From positions 5,790-69,789 of the forward strand of contig JAKAZO010000005.1 in NCBI GenBank assembly GCA_021815825.1: DNA of 64,000 nucleotides, written 5' to 3'. The stretch is from Pseudomonadota bacterium (GTDB lineage: Bacteria > Pseudomonadota > Alphaproteobacteria > Acetobacterales > Acetobacteraceae). Of the stretch, positions 20,980-30,810 are shown one piece after another (position 1 is the stretch's first letter; each line of letters opens with the position of its first letter). Made by a program: the position numbers and the translations under genes. The notes under the pieces are model-generated. The model had not been told where the DNA came from, made no database searches, and saw only the letters and a list, made by a program, of their open reading frames with translations.

Positions 20980-21938
20980 GCGAGCTGCCGGGCGAGTTTG
21001 CGCTGATCGCGCGGCATTTCCGCCCGCTCGCCGCCCCCGAGGCGCTCGGTCTCGGCGACGACGCCGCCTTTCTCACCCCGCCGCCTGGGCACGAGCTCGT
21101 GCTGTCTGCGGATGCCATGGTCGAAGGCGTCCATTTCCTTCCCGCCGACCCGCCGGAGCTGGTCGCGCGCAAGCTGCTGCGGGTCAACCTCTCGGACCTC
21201 GCCGCCAAGGGCGCCGCGCCGCTCGGCTATCTGCTGACGCTGGCCGCGCCGCGCGCCACGCCGGATGCCTGGTTCGCCGCCTTCGCCGCCGGGCTCGCGG
21301 CGGACCAGGCGCGCTATGGGATCGGCCTCTTCGGCGGCGACACCACCTCGACACCGGGGCCGATCACGCTCTCGCTGACCATTCTCGGCACCGTCGCCTC
21401 GGGCAAAGCGGTGCACCGGACCGGCGCGCGGGCCGGATACGGGATCTGGGTCAGCGGCACGATCGGGGATGCCGCGCTCGGGCTGGCGGCGCTGCAGGGC
21501 CGGCTGGCGGACCCGACCGGGGCGCTCGCCGCGCGCTATCATCTGCCGGAGCCGCGGCTCGGGCTGGTGCGAGCCGACCTCGTCGCCGCCTGTCTCGACG
21601 TCTCCGACGGGCTGGTGCAGGATCTCGGTCATCTCTGCCGCGCCGGCGGGGTGAACAACGGCGGGGTCGGCGCCGAGATCGAGGCGGCGCTGGTGCCGCG
21701 CTCGGCGGCGGCACGGGCAGCCGGGCCGGCCTGGCTCGCCACCTGCCTGACGGGAGGGGATGATTACGAAGTGCTGATGGCCGTGCCACCTGAACACGAA
21801 CCGGCTTTCGCCGGTCTTTCCACGACCGTGCCGCGGACGCGCATCGGCCGCTTCGTGCCCGGCGCCGCCGCGGTGCGCGTGCGCGACGAAGCCGGCGGGG
21901 TGATGATGCTCGACCACGGCGGCTGGAGCCATTTCTGA
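20976..21938 (+). CDS. thiL: thiamine-monophosphate kinase
   Basis: GEFALIARHF, GDDAAFL, VEGVHF, NLSDLAAKGA, GGDTT, DVSDGL, GGDDYEVL and GGWSHF are classical ThiL motifs. The TTG start overlaps the upstream stop (gTTGAg). Confidence 0.85.
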   Translation: MSELPGEFALIARHFRPLAAPEALGLGDDAAFLTPPPGHELVLSADAMVEGVHFLPADPPELVARKLLRVNLSDLAAKGAAPLGYLLTLAAPRATPDAWFAAFAAGLAADQARYGIGLFGGDTTSTPGPITLSLTILGTVASGKAVHRTGARAGYGIWVSGTIGDAALGLAALQGRLADPTGALAARYHLPEPRLGLVRADLVAACLDVSDGLVQDLGHLCRAGGVNNGGVGAEIEAALVPRSAAARAAGPAWLATCLTGGDDYEVLMAVPPEHEPAFAGLSTTVPRTRIGRFVPGAAAVRVRDEAGGVMMLDHGGWSHF

Positions 21939-21954
21939 TGATGATGCGGGTCTG

Positions 21955-23127
21955 ATGACGCTTGCGGTCTGGCTGCTGTTCTTCTGTCAGGCGCTGACCA
22001 ACCTCGCCGTCATCGGCCAGGCGGCGATGAGCGCGTTGATCGGCTACAGCCTCGCCCCTGACAAGGCGCTCGCCACGGTGCCGTACGCGGTGCAGATGGC
22101 GGCGATGATGTCGGCCTCGATCCCGGCCGGCGCGGTGTTCACGCGGCTCGGGCGCCGACCGGGGTTCCTGCTCGGGGCGGGCTCGGCGCTGACCGCCAGC
22201 CTGGTATTCGCCGTCGCCGTCTGGCGCGCCGATTTCATCCTCTACTGCGTGGGCTCGGTGCCGGCGGGACTGGCCTTCGGCATCGCCCAGCACTACCGCT
22301 TCGCCGCCGCCGAGGTGGCCGCGCCGGCGGCGCGGCCGCGCGCCATCGCGCTGGTGATGGCCGGCGGCATCCTCGCGGCCATCATCGGCCCGGAACTGGT
22401 CAAGGACACCAAGGCCCTGGCCCCGCCGCTGCTGTTCCTCGGCACCTATCTCGTGCTGGCGATCCCGCCGCTGGTGACGATGCTGCTGCTGAGCCTGGCC
22501 CGCCTGCCGCCGCCGCCGCCGCGCCCCGCGGCGCCGACGCCGCTCGCGGTGATCATCGCGCGGCCGGACTTCCTCGTCGCCGTCATTGCCGGACTCGTCG
22601 CCTACGGCTCGATGAACCTCATCATGACCTCGACGCCGCTGCAGATGATGGCGTGCGGTTTCGGCATCAACGACGCCGTGAACGTGATCCGCTGGCACTC
22701 GATCGCGATGTATGCGCCCGGCTTCATCACCGGCCCGCTCATCGCCCGCCATGGCCCGCGCCCGGTGGTGACGGCGGGCGGAGTGCTGATCCTGCTCTGC
22801 GCGGCGACCGCGTGGGCGGGGAACGGCTACGATGTGTTCGTGGTCGAGCTGGTGCTGCTCGGGATCGGCTGGAACTTCATGTTCGTCGGCGCCACCGCCC
22901 TGCTCTCCCTCGCGCACGCGCCGGAGGAACGGGTCCGCGCGCAGGCGGCGAACGATTTTCTCGTCTTCGGTACCGTCACCTGTACCGCCCTGCTCTCGGG
23001 CGTGCTGCACCGCTACGCCGGCTGGCTGGCGCTGAACGCCGGGGTCATGCCCGGCGTCGCCGTGGCGCTGGCGCTGGTGGCCTGGCAGCGGGCCCGCAGC
23101 CGCGCGACGCGGCTGGCCTTCGAGTAG
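21955..23127 (+). CDS. MFS transporter
   Basis: A hydrophobic protein of about 12 TM segments with MFS topology. Confidence 0.7.
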   Translation: MTLAVWLLFFCQALTNLAVIGQAAMSALIGYSLAPDKALATVPYAVQMAAMMSASIPAGAVFTRLGRRPGFLLGAGSALTASLVFAVAVWRADFILYCVGSVPAGLAFGIAQHYRFAAAEVAAPAARPRAIALVMAGGILAAIIGPELVKDTKALAPPLLFLGTYLVLAIPPLVTMLLLSLARLPPPPPRPAAPTPLAVIIARPDFLVAVIAGLVAYGSMNLIMTSTPLQMMACGFGINDAVNVIRWHSIAMYAPGFITGPLIARHGPRPVVTAGGVLILLCAATAWAGNGYDVFVVELVLLGIGWNFMFVGATALLSLAHAPEERVRAQAANDFLVFGTVTCTALLSGVLHRYAGWLALNAGVMPGVAVALALVAWQRARSRATRLAFE

Positions 23128-23257
23128 AGCTGGCCTTCGGGTCGGCGCCCGAGCGATTCCCATCCCGGCCAGAATGCTCTAGGAGGATGCCGCGGGCACC
23201 GGCGCGCCGCCCCCACCATGCGCTGGCGCAACTGTCCTGAAGGGAAGGAAAACGCCC

Positions 23258-24436
23258 ATGCCGATCCTCGCCGCACGCATGAGCCAGCTCGGCACCGAGT
23301 CCGCGTTCGAGGTCCTCGCGCGGGCGCAGGCGCTGCAGCGGGAGGGGAAGAGCATCATCAATCTCGGCATCGGCCAGCCGGACTTTTCCACGCCGGCGCA
23401 CATCGTCGAGGCGGGCCGGAAGGCGCTGGCCGACGGCCATCACGGCTACACGCCGGCGAACGGAATCCTGCCGCTGCGCGAGGCGGTGGTCTCCGACCTG
23501 CACCGCCGCCATGGCGTGACGATCTCGCCCGACCGCGTGCTCATCGTGCCCGGCGGGAAGGTGACGATGTTCTTCGCCATCTCGATGTTCGGCGAGCCCG
23601 GCACGGAGATTCTCTATCCCAACCCCGGCTTCCCGATCTACGAAAGCGTGATCCGCTATTCCGGCGCCACGCCGGTGCCGATCCGGCTGCACGAAAGCAG
23701 GGGGTTCTCCTTCGACGCCGATGAGGTGCTGGCGCTGATCACACCGCGCACCCGGCTCATCATTCTCAACAGCCCGGCCAACCCGACCGGCGGCGTGGTG
23801 CCGAAGCGGGAGCTGGACCGGCTGGTCGCCGGCCTCGCGCGCCATCCGGACGTGGCGATCCTGTCCGACGAGATCTACGGCGAGATGGTCTACGAGGGCA
23901 CCCATGTCAGCCTGACGACCTATCCCGAGCTCGAGGACCGGCTGATCCTGCTCGATGGCTGGAGCAAGACCTACGCGATGACCGGCTGGCGGCTGGGCTT
24001 CGGCGTCTGGCCGGCGGCGCTGTTTCCCTACGCCGAGCGGCTGGCGATCAACTCGCATTCCTGCGTCAACGCCGCGGCGCAGTTTGCCGGCATCGCGGCG
24101 ATGACCGGGCCGCGCGCGCCGGCCGAGCAGATGATGGCCGCCTTCGCCGAGCGCCGGGCCTATATCGTGCCGGCGCTGAACGCGCTGCCCGGGTTCCGCT
24201 GCGCCACGCCGGGTGGGGCGTTCTATGCCTTCCCCAACATCACCGGCACCGGCTTCGATTCGCGGACCCTGCAGACGCGGCTGCTGAACGAGGCCGGCGT
24301 CGCCACCGTCTCCGGCACCAGCTTCGGCGCCTTCGGCGATGGGCATCTGCGGATTTCCTACGCTGCGAGCCTGGAAGCGCTGCGCGAGGCGACGGGGCGG
24401 ATCAGCTTGTGGCTGGAGCGCGAGCGCGCGGGCTGA
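23258..24436 (+). CDS. PLP-dependent aminotransferase (class I, aspartate/aromatic type)
   Basis: SD-like GGAAGGAA lies upstream of the ATG. The motif SKTYAMTGWRLG contains the PLP lysine. Confidence 0.85.
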   Translation: MPILAARMSQLGTESAFEVLARAQALQREGKSIINLGIGQPDFSTPAHIVEAGRKALADGHHGYTPANGILPLREAVVSDLHRRHGVTISPDRVLIVPGGKVTMFFAISMFGEPGTEILYPNPGFPIYESVIRYSGATPVPIRLHESRGFSFDADEVLALITPRTRLIILNSPANPTGGVVPKRELDRLVAGLARHPDVAILSDEIYGEMVYEGTHVSLTTYPELEDRLILLDGWSKTYAMTGWRLGFGVWPAALFPYAERLAINSHSCVNAAAQFAGIAAMTGPRAPAEQMMAAFAERRAYIVPALNALPGFRCATPGGAFYAFPNITGTGFDSRTLQTRLLNEAGVATVSGTSFGAFGDGHLRISYAASLEALREATGRISLWLERERAG

Positions 24437-24446
24437 GCCGCGCGCT

Positions 24447-26096
24447 TCAGCTCAGGACGAACCCGGCGTAGCCCCGCGCCGCCACGCCGTCGCAGATCTC
24501 ACGGTACTGCGCCATGCCGCCGGCATACGGCATGAACACGCGCGGTTTGCCGGGGACGTTGGCGCCGAGGTACCAGGAATGGCCCGCCTGCGGCAGCAGC
24601 GTGGCGTTCGCCGCGGCGTTCACATGGTCCACCCAGCCGTCGACCGCCTCCTTCGTCGGCTCGATGCGGCTCCGGCCGCGGGTGCGCAGATGGGCGATGC
24701 AGTCGGTGATCCAGTCCACATGCTGCTCGATCGGCACCGGCATGTTGCACAGCACCGACGGGCTGCCCGGCCCGGTGACGGTGAACAGGTTCGGAAACCC
24801 GTTGGTCTGCAGGCCGAGGTAGCTGCGCGGCCCGGCGCTCCAATGCTCGCGCAGGCTCACGCCGTCGCGCCCGGTGATGCCGAGGCCGAGCAGGGCGCCG
24901 GTCATGGCGTCGAAGCCGGTGGCGAAGACGATGATGTCGAGCGGATATTCCGCCTCGCGCGTGCGCACGCCGCGCGCCGTGATACGCTCGATCGGCGCGG
25001 CGCGGAGATCGACCAGGGCGACGTTCTCGCGGTTGAAGGTCTCGAAGTAGAAACTGTCGATCGGCGGACGCTTGGCGGCGAACGGGTGGTCGATGTCGGT
25101 GAGGAGCGAGGCCTTCGCCGGGTCCTTCACCACGGCGCGGATCTTGCGGCGGATGAAGTCGGCCGCGGTGTCGTTGGCCGCCTTGTCGACCAGGAGATCG
25201 CGGAACGCGGCGCGGAATTGCAGCCCGCCCTTCTGCCAGGCCGCCTCGTAGATCGCCTCGCGCTCCGCCGGCGCGGTCGCGAGCGCCGAGCGGTCGGAGA
25301 CCGGAAACGGATGACCGTTGGCGGTGCTGTGCATCAGGGCGCGGATCTCGGCGAAATGCTCGCGCACATAACGCTGGAACTCGGGCGTGAGCGGGGCGTT
25401 GCGGGCCGGGATGCTGTAATTCGCGGTGCGCTGGAACACGGTCAGATGCGCCGCGGTCTCCGCGATCACCGGCGCGGCCTGGATCCCCGTCGAGCCGGTG
25501 CCGATCAGCCCGACGCGCTGGCCGGAAAAATCCACCCCGTCCTGCGGCCATGTGCCGGTGTGGTACCACCGCCCGGCGAAATCCTCGAGGCCCGGAATCT
25601 TCGGCACATTCGCCGAGGACAGGCAGCCGACGGCAGTGATGAGGAACTGGGCGGAGAGATGCTCGCCGCGCTCCGTCGTCACGTGCCAGCGATTGTCCGC
25701 CGCATCGTAGCGCGCGGCGACGACGCGCGTGCCGAGGCGGATGTTGCGCCGGAGATCGAACCGGTCGGCGACGTAGTTGAGGTAGCGCAGAATCTCCGGC
25801 TGCTCCGGGTAGCGCTCCGTCCAGGTCCATTCCTGCTGCAGCGCCTCGGAAAAGGAGTAGCAGTAGGAATGGCTTTCGGAATCGCAGCGCGCACCGGGAT
25901 AGCGGTTCCAGTACCAGGTGCCGCCGACGCCGTCCGCAGCCTCCAGCAACTGCACCGAGAGGCCGAGACGATCGCGCAGGCTGTACAGCTGATAGAGGCC
26001 GGAGAATCCGGCGCCGATGATCAGCGCGTCGAGGGCGCCATCCGCCTGCCCGTCCGTTGCTTGCGCCGTGCCCGCATTCGGCCTCGTCTCCGCCAT
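24447..26096 (-). CDS. type I Baeyer-Villiger monooxygenase, paralog 2
   Basis: GAGFSG, GGTWYWNRYPGARCD, and the canonical fingerprint FAGRWYHTGTWP. Homologous along its full length to 4840-6456. Confidence 0.85.
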   Translation of the reverse strand: MAETRPNAGTAQATDGQADGALDALIIGAGFSGLYQLYSLRDRLGLSVQLLEAADGVGGTWYWNRYPGARCDSESHSYCYSFSEALQQEWTWTERYPEQPEILRYLNYVADRFDLRRNIRLGTRVVAARYDAADNRWHVTTERGEHLSAQFLITAVGCLSSANVPKIPGLEDFAGRWYHTGTWPQDGVDFSGQRVGLIGTGSTGIQAAPVIAETAAHLTVFQRTANYSIPARNAPLTPEFQRYVREHFAEIRALMHSTANGHPFPVSDRSALATAPAEREAIYEAAWQKGGLQFRAAFRDLLVDKAANDTAADFIRRKIRAVVKDPAKASLLTDIDHPFAAKRPPIDSFYFETFNRENVALVDLRAAPIERITARGVRTREAEYPLDIIVFATGFDAMTGALLGLGITGRDGVSLREHWSAGPRSYLGLQTNGFPNLFTVTGPGSPSVLCNMPVPIEQHVDWITDCIAHLRTRGRSRIEPTKEAVDGWVDHVNAAANATLLPQAGHSWYLGANVPGKPRVFMPYAGGMAQYREICDGVAARGYAGFVLS

Positions 26097-26228
26097 TTCC
26101 TCCGAACTCCCTTCCGTGTCCCGCCGGCGCGCGGCGCTCCAGGGCGTCGCCCTCGGGCCCCACAGTGACCCAGGCGCCGGGCGCCGTCCAGATCACGGGG
26201 CGCGCGCGCCGGATGCGTGCCGCGCGCG

Positions 26229-26323
26229 GATCGGGAACGAAATCCGGAGCAACCTCCGATCGGACCGAGCCGTTTCGGCCCCGGCAGATCGGCGATCCGT
26301 TGCTCCGCGTGATACGGTTCCAG
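26229..26323. repeat. copy 2 of the ~95-nt structured intergenic element
   Basis: Same orientation as copy 1. GGAGCAAC/GTTGCTCC is a perfect 8-bp outer stem, CCGATC/GATCGG forms the inner stem, and GCCG-TTT-CGGC forms the apical hairpin. Confidence 0.7.
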
Positions 26324-26419
26324 CCGTCCGGCGCAGGTGGAATGACCGTAGCCGGCTAAACAGACGCGTAAGCAAAGAGGGGGAGTCTGTCAGGCGCCTC
26401 CATCCGCGTCTGAGAGACT

Positions 26420-27355
26420 CTAGAGCGCGCCCGTTGCCGCCAGAACGCCGTCGCGCGGCGCGACAGCGGCGCCGCGGATCCGGGCGTGTTCACGCGCGCG
26501 GGCGTGGCAGTACTGGGACTGGGTCATCACCACCAACCGCCCCCGGTCGCGCAGACGCGCCACCTCCTGCAGGATCGCGCGCAGCACCGCGAGCGTCTGC
26601 GGCGCCGTGGCGACGTTTTCGGGATGGCTCCAGTAATGCACCACCCCGAACGCATCGGCGGCGCGCTCCAGCATCAGCCGGGCACGGGCGCGGGTGAGGC
26701 CGAGCGGGACCAGCCGCCGCGGCCCGCTCGGCCAGTTGACGAAGTGGCCCGGCGGAATGGTCTGCGGCGTCCGCATCGGCTCATCGGCATCCGGCTGCGC
26801 GCCGAGATCGAATTCCGCGGCGAGCGAGCGCAGACGCGAGCGCGGCAGTGGGGCGGCGCGATAGCCGAGGATATCGAACTCCTCGAGGATATGCGGATGC
26901 GCCACCCGGTTACGCGGAAAGGCGAAGGTCATGCCGGGATGCAGCGGCACGAGCGCCATCTCCCGCCGCGCCTGCGCCGCGGTCATGCTTGTCCAGGGCA
27001 CGTGCGTCACGCCGTGCAGGCCGATCTCGTGGCGCGGGGCGATGGCATCGAGCGCCCAATCCCCGGTCCAGCCCTCCGCGCCCGCCGCGATGCCTTCGAC
27101 GGCGCCGACCAGGTATGGCAGTTCGGCGGCGATCGCGCGCAGCGGCAGGCGCCGCAACTCATAGGCGGGCAGGACGAAGCAGCCGACGAAGCAGAAGGTG
27201 GCCGCGATCTCGTACTCGGCGAGCAGGGCGGCCAGGGCGGCGTAGGCGGCGCGCAGATTGGCCTCGGAAAGGGCCCGGTCGAGGCTTGGCGTGAGCCGGT
27301 CCGCCATGCCCCACTTGCCCTCGCAGTCCAGCGACAGAATGAAGCGCGCCGTCAC
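26420..27355 (-). CDS. polysaccharide deacetylase-like (NodB-fold) protein
   Basis: FILSLDCE and GLHGVTH resemble NodB motifs 1 and 2. The start is uncertain: GTG 27355 was chosen, and ATG 27463 would add an implausible N-terminus. Confidence 0.5.
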   Translation of the reverse strand: MTARFILSLDCEGKWGMADRLTPSLDRALSEANLRAAYAALAALLAEYEIAATFCFVGCFVLPAYELRRLPLRAIAAELPYLVGAVEGIAAGAEGWTGDWALDAIAPRHEIGLHGVTHVPWTSMTAAQARREMALVPLHPGMTFAFPRNRVAHPHILEEFDILGYRAAPLPRSRLRSLAAEFDLGAQPDADEPMRTPQTIPPGHFVNWPSGPRRLVPLGLTRARARLMLERAADAFGVVHYWSHPENVATAPQTLAVLRAILQEVARLRDRGRLVVMTQSQYCHARAREHARIRGAAVAPRDGVLAATGAL

Positions 27356-27479
27356 GCCGGCGCCGCGGCCACCAGCCGCGCCACGCCCGAACTCCGCCGA
27401 GGTTCGAATGGGTACATGAGCGATATTATCACGCGGGCCATGACAACAGGCTGACAACGCCACACTGGCGCGTGGCGCC

Positions 27480-28244
27480 CTACGTCCGGAACGACCCGTC
27501 CCGCCGGTCCAGCCGGCGCAGCAGGCCGGGCCATTCCAGCACGCCCCAGGGGCGGCGGACCTCCGGACGATAGAGATGGTTGGTCCGCGCGATCACGTCC
27601 GGCGCCGGTGTGATCAGCCCGGCCTGGCAGGCCATCGCCGCGAGCTGGGTGCGGGCGGCGAGCTCGAGCCGGTAGATGTTGCTGAACGCCTCGGGAATGC
27701 TCGGCCCGACCGCGAGAAGGCCGTGATTGTCCAGCAGCATCACGTCCGCGTCGCCGAGATCGGCGACCAGCCGGGCCTGCTCCTCGAGGTCGATGGCCAC
27801 GCTCTCATAGGCATGGCGCGGCACGCGGGCGAAGCGCATCGCCGTCTGGGTCAGCGGCAACAGCCCGCAGGGCAGCGCCGACAGCGCCATGCCGGCCCAG
27901 GTATGGGTATGGATGACGCAGCCGACCCCCGGCCGCGCCCGGTGGATGGCGGAATGGATGACGAAGCCGGCGCGGTTGACGCCGAGCCCGATCTCCGGGG
28001 CGAGCAGGACATTGCCGTCGAGATCGAGCTTGATCAGCGAGGAGGCGGTGATCTCCTCGTAGAAAATGCCGTAGGCGTTGATCAGGAAGGCGCCCTCCTC
28101 GCCCGGCACGCGCGCGGAGATGTGGTTGGCGATCATGTCGGTCATGCCGTAGAAATCCACCAGCCGGTAGCACGCCGCGAGATCGACCCGCGTCGCCCAC
28201 TCCGCCGGCGAGACCCGCTCGCGCAGCGAGGGAATGGCGAGCAT
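27480..28244 (-). CDS. class II aldolase/adducin family protein
   Basis: HSAIHRARPGVGCVIHTHT...LLDNHGLLAVG are class II aldolase metal-site motifs. Start reset to ATG 28244. Confidence 0.8.
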   Translation of the reverse strand: MLAIPSLRERVSPAEWATRVDLAACYRLVDFYGMTDMIANHISARVPGEEGAFLINAYGIFYEEITASSLIKLDLDGNVLLAPEIGLGVNRAGFVIHSAIHRARPGVGCVIHTHTWAGMALSALPCGLLPLTQTAMRFARVPRHAYESVAIDLEEQARLVADLGDADVMLLDNHGLLAVGPSIPEAFSNIYRLELAARTQLAAMACQAGLITPAPDVIARTNHLYRPEVRRPWGVLEWPGLLRRLDRRDGSFRT

Positions 28245-28249
28245 CCCGC

Positions 28250-29299
28250 TCACATCAGGAACACCCCTTTGCCGGTCGCCTGGGTATCGAACAGCCGGTA
28301 CGCCGCCTCGCCCTCGGCGAGCGACCAGCGGTGGGTGAACAGGTGATCGACGTCGATCGCGCGCTCGGCGACGAAGCGGGCGCACTCCGCGAGGCCGACG
28401 GTGGAGAAGGTCCACGAGCCGATGATGGTCACCTGCCGGCGCAGGATGTCGTTGCTGACATCGAGGCTCATGCCGCCACCCTCGCCGACCAGGCAGCATG
28501 TCCCCCAGGCCCGCGTCGCCCGCACCGCCGCAGCCCGCGCGTCCGGCGCGCTCGAGGTATCGAGCGTCTTCTCCGCCCCGCGCCCGCCGGTGAGCTCGCG
28601 GATCGCCGCCACCGGGTCGACGCCGCGCGGGTCGAACACCTCCTCGGCGCCGAGCGCGCGCGCGCGGGCCAGGCGCTCGGGACTGATGTCGAAGGCGATC
28701 ACCCGCGCCCCCATCGCGGCGGCGAACTGCGTCGCCGAGAGCCCGACCGGGCCCTGGCCGAAGATCGCGATGGTGTCGTTGCCCGACAGCGCCATGCGCC
28801 GCAGCGCGCCATAGGCGGTGCCGGTGCCGCAGGCGATCGCCGCGCCGGTCTCGAACGAGAGCGCGTCCGGCAGCGGGACGAGCGTGCTCGCCGGCACCTT
28901 CATGTAGGGCGCGTGGCCGCCATGGGCGGTGATGCCGTAGATCGCATCCGGCGTCTCGGCGCACATCTGCGTCCAGCCGCCGCGGCAATGCTCGCAGACG
29001 CCGCAGCCGTGATAGTGGTGCACCATGACGCGCTGGCCGATCCGCGCCTCGCGCGGGCCGACCTCGGGGCCGATGGCGACGACGACCCCGCACGGCTCGT
29101 GCCCGGCGATCACCGGGCCGGCATTGCTGGCGAAGCCGAGGCCGGCATTGGCGCCCTTGGGCGTGCGGTAGAATTTCAGGTCGCTGCCGCACATGCCGGA
29201 GGCCTTCATCTCCAGCACCACCTCGCCCGCGCCGGGCGTGGGGTCCGGAAAATCCATCAGCTCGACCGTTCGATCGCCGGCGAAAATCAGCCCCTTCAT
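28250..29299 (-). CDS. zinc-dependent alcohol dehydrogenase (MDR superfamily)
   Basis: GMCGSDLKFY...GHEPCGVV, the structural-zinc Cys cluster CGVCEHCRGG, and GQGPVG. Confidence 0.85.
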   Translation of the reverse strand: MKGLIFAGDRTVELMDFPDPTPGAGEVVLEMKASGMCGSDLKFYRTPKGANAGLGFASNAGPVIAGHEPCGVVVAIGPEVGPREARIGQRVMVHHYHGCGVCEHCRGGWTQMCAETPDAIYGITAHGGHAPYMKVPASTLVPLPDALSFETGAAIACGTGTAYGALRRMALSGNDTIAIFGQGPVGLSATQFAAAMGARVIAFDISPERLARARALGAEEVFDPRGVDPVAAIRELTGGRGAEKTLDTSSAPDARAAAVRATRAWGTCCLVGEGGGMSLDVSNDILRRQVTIIGSWTFSTVGLAECARFVAERAIDVDHLFTHRWSLAEGEAAYRLFDTQATGKGVFLM

Positions 29300-29361
29300 C
29301 GCGTTTCCCCCTCTGTCGGCGGGGGAAGCCTATCACGCCGACGGGGCCGGGATGAAAGCCC

Positions 29362-30504
29362 CTACTTCAGCACGATCTCGACGCGCCGGTTCTGCGGCTC
29401 GCGCACGCCGGCCGGCGTCGGGACCAGCGGGTTGCCGTCGCCATAGCCGGAGACGCCGATCTGCTCACGCGCCACGCCGTCCCGAACGAGTTCCGCCGTC
29501 ACCGCCTCGGCGCGCCGCAGCGAGAGCTTGCGGTTGTACTGCGCCGTGCCGGACCGGTCGGCATAGCCGCTGACCTCGATCCGGGTGGTGCGGACGCGGG
29601 TCGAGCCCTGCGCCGCCTCCGCGATCACCTGGCGGGCACGATCGGTGAGATCGGCGCTGTCCCAGTCGAAGAAGACGAGATAGGTGCGCACCGGCACCGG
29701 CGCCGGCACCGCGGCGGAGGGCGTGGCCGGCGCGGACGCGGCGGGCGGCGGCGGCACCGAGAACGCATAGCGGATGCCGAGCAGCACCGACTGGTTGAGA
29801 TTCTCCATGATGGCGAAATTGCCCGCCGCCGTCGCGGCGCCCGGCCGGTCCACGGTGGCGTGGAAGCCCTCGGGCCCGAGCATGCCCATGTAGCGATATT
29901 CCGCGGTCACCGAGAGCCCGGGCGTATGCGGCACCGGGAAGGAGATGCCGACGATGCCCTGGAAGGCCACGCCGCCGGCGGTGCCGCCGAGGCTGAGCGT
30001 TTCCCCGGTGCCGGGCGTGACGGTGCGCATGCCGTTCCATGTCGACCATTGATAGCCGCCGCCGACGCCGACATAGGGAAACACGTAGCGCGAGCCGATA
30101 TCGAAATCGAACAGGGCGTTGAGCATCGTCCCGGCGGTGGACTGGTTGCCGCTGGCAGCGCTCGCCGCCGGCGTGCCGGTGCGCGCGTGCAGGGCGTTGC
30201 CGAACAGGTCGTCGCCCTCGAGTTCCAGCCGGAAGCCGTTGCCGAAGGCGTAGCCGATGCTGCCGACCATGGCCGCACCGCCGTTGAAGGTGAGGTTCGA
30301 CCCGCCGAGCCCGATCCCGGGCGCCGACCGCGCGCCCTCATCGTCGAGGAAATTATAGCCGGCGCCGAGGCTGACATAGACGCCCTGCACCGGCTGCGCC
30401 CGAACGAGGGCGGGCGCGGACATGAGTGCCAGAATGGTCAGCACCGGAGCGGCCAGGGTCCACCGCGCCAGGATGCGCGAGACCAGTGGCAGAACCGTCC
30501 CCAT
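29362..30504 (-). CDS. OmpA-family outer membrane protein (beta-barrel + Pro-rich linker + OmpA C-terminal domain)
   Basis: A signal peptide ends at ...LVRAQP. It is followed by a Gly/aromatic-rich barrel, a PPPPAASAP linker, and FDWDSADL...GYADRSGTAQYNRKLSLRRA. The start could be at 30504 or 30534. Confidence 0.8.
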   Translation of the reverse strand: MGTVLPLVSRILARWTLAAPVLTILALMSAPALVRAQPVQGVYVSLGAGYNFLDDEGARSAPGIGLGGSNLTFNGGAAMVGSIGYAFGNGFRLELEGDDLFGNALHARTGTPAASAASGNQSTAGTMLNALFDFDIGSRYVFPYVGVGGGYQWSTWNGMRTVTPGTGETLSLGGTAGGVAFQGIVGISFPVPHTPGLSVTAEYRYMGMLGPEGFHATVDRPGAATAAGNFAIMENLNQSVLLGIRYAFSVPPPPAASAPATPSAAVPAPVPVRTYLVFFDWDSADLTDRARQVIAEAAQGSTRVRTTRIEVSGYADRSGTAQYNRKLSLRRAEAVTAELVRDGVAREQIGVSGYGDGNPLVPTPAGVREPQNRRVEIVLK

Positions 30505-30810
30505 CCGGCCAAGCCTTGCGACGCCACCCCGCATGCGATTCCTGCGTGCCTTCAACCCATTCGCTGCGCCGCTCTCACAGCACGTCCAGCCGCGCGGCGC
30601 AACCGCTTGCGATCGGGGATACCATGCGCGCGCAGGCTCCCCTGAACCAGGCCGATCATCGCCGCGACAGGCGAAGGAATGGTAACGATGTCTGGTTGTG
30701 GCGTCCATGCGGTATTGCAACTTGCGATCGCCAGTCCGATGGCGGCAGCGTTTTCCTCTTGCCGGGCGGCCCGGCGTGGCCAAGGTTGGGGCGGAGAGAG
30801 GGGTGGGCGG

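Noticed and set aside
20976-21938. Whether the AIR-synthase-fold gene after the radical SAM fusion might be SelD/HypE/PurM-like rather than ThiL
   Set aside because: The full set of ThiL-specific motifs (GEFxLI, GDDAA, VEGVHF, NLSDLAAxGA, DVSDGL, GGDDYE, C-terminal GWSHF) is present. No SelD-type N-terminal Cys/Sec-Lys motif is present.
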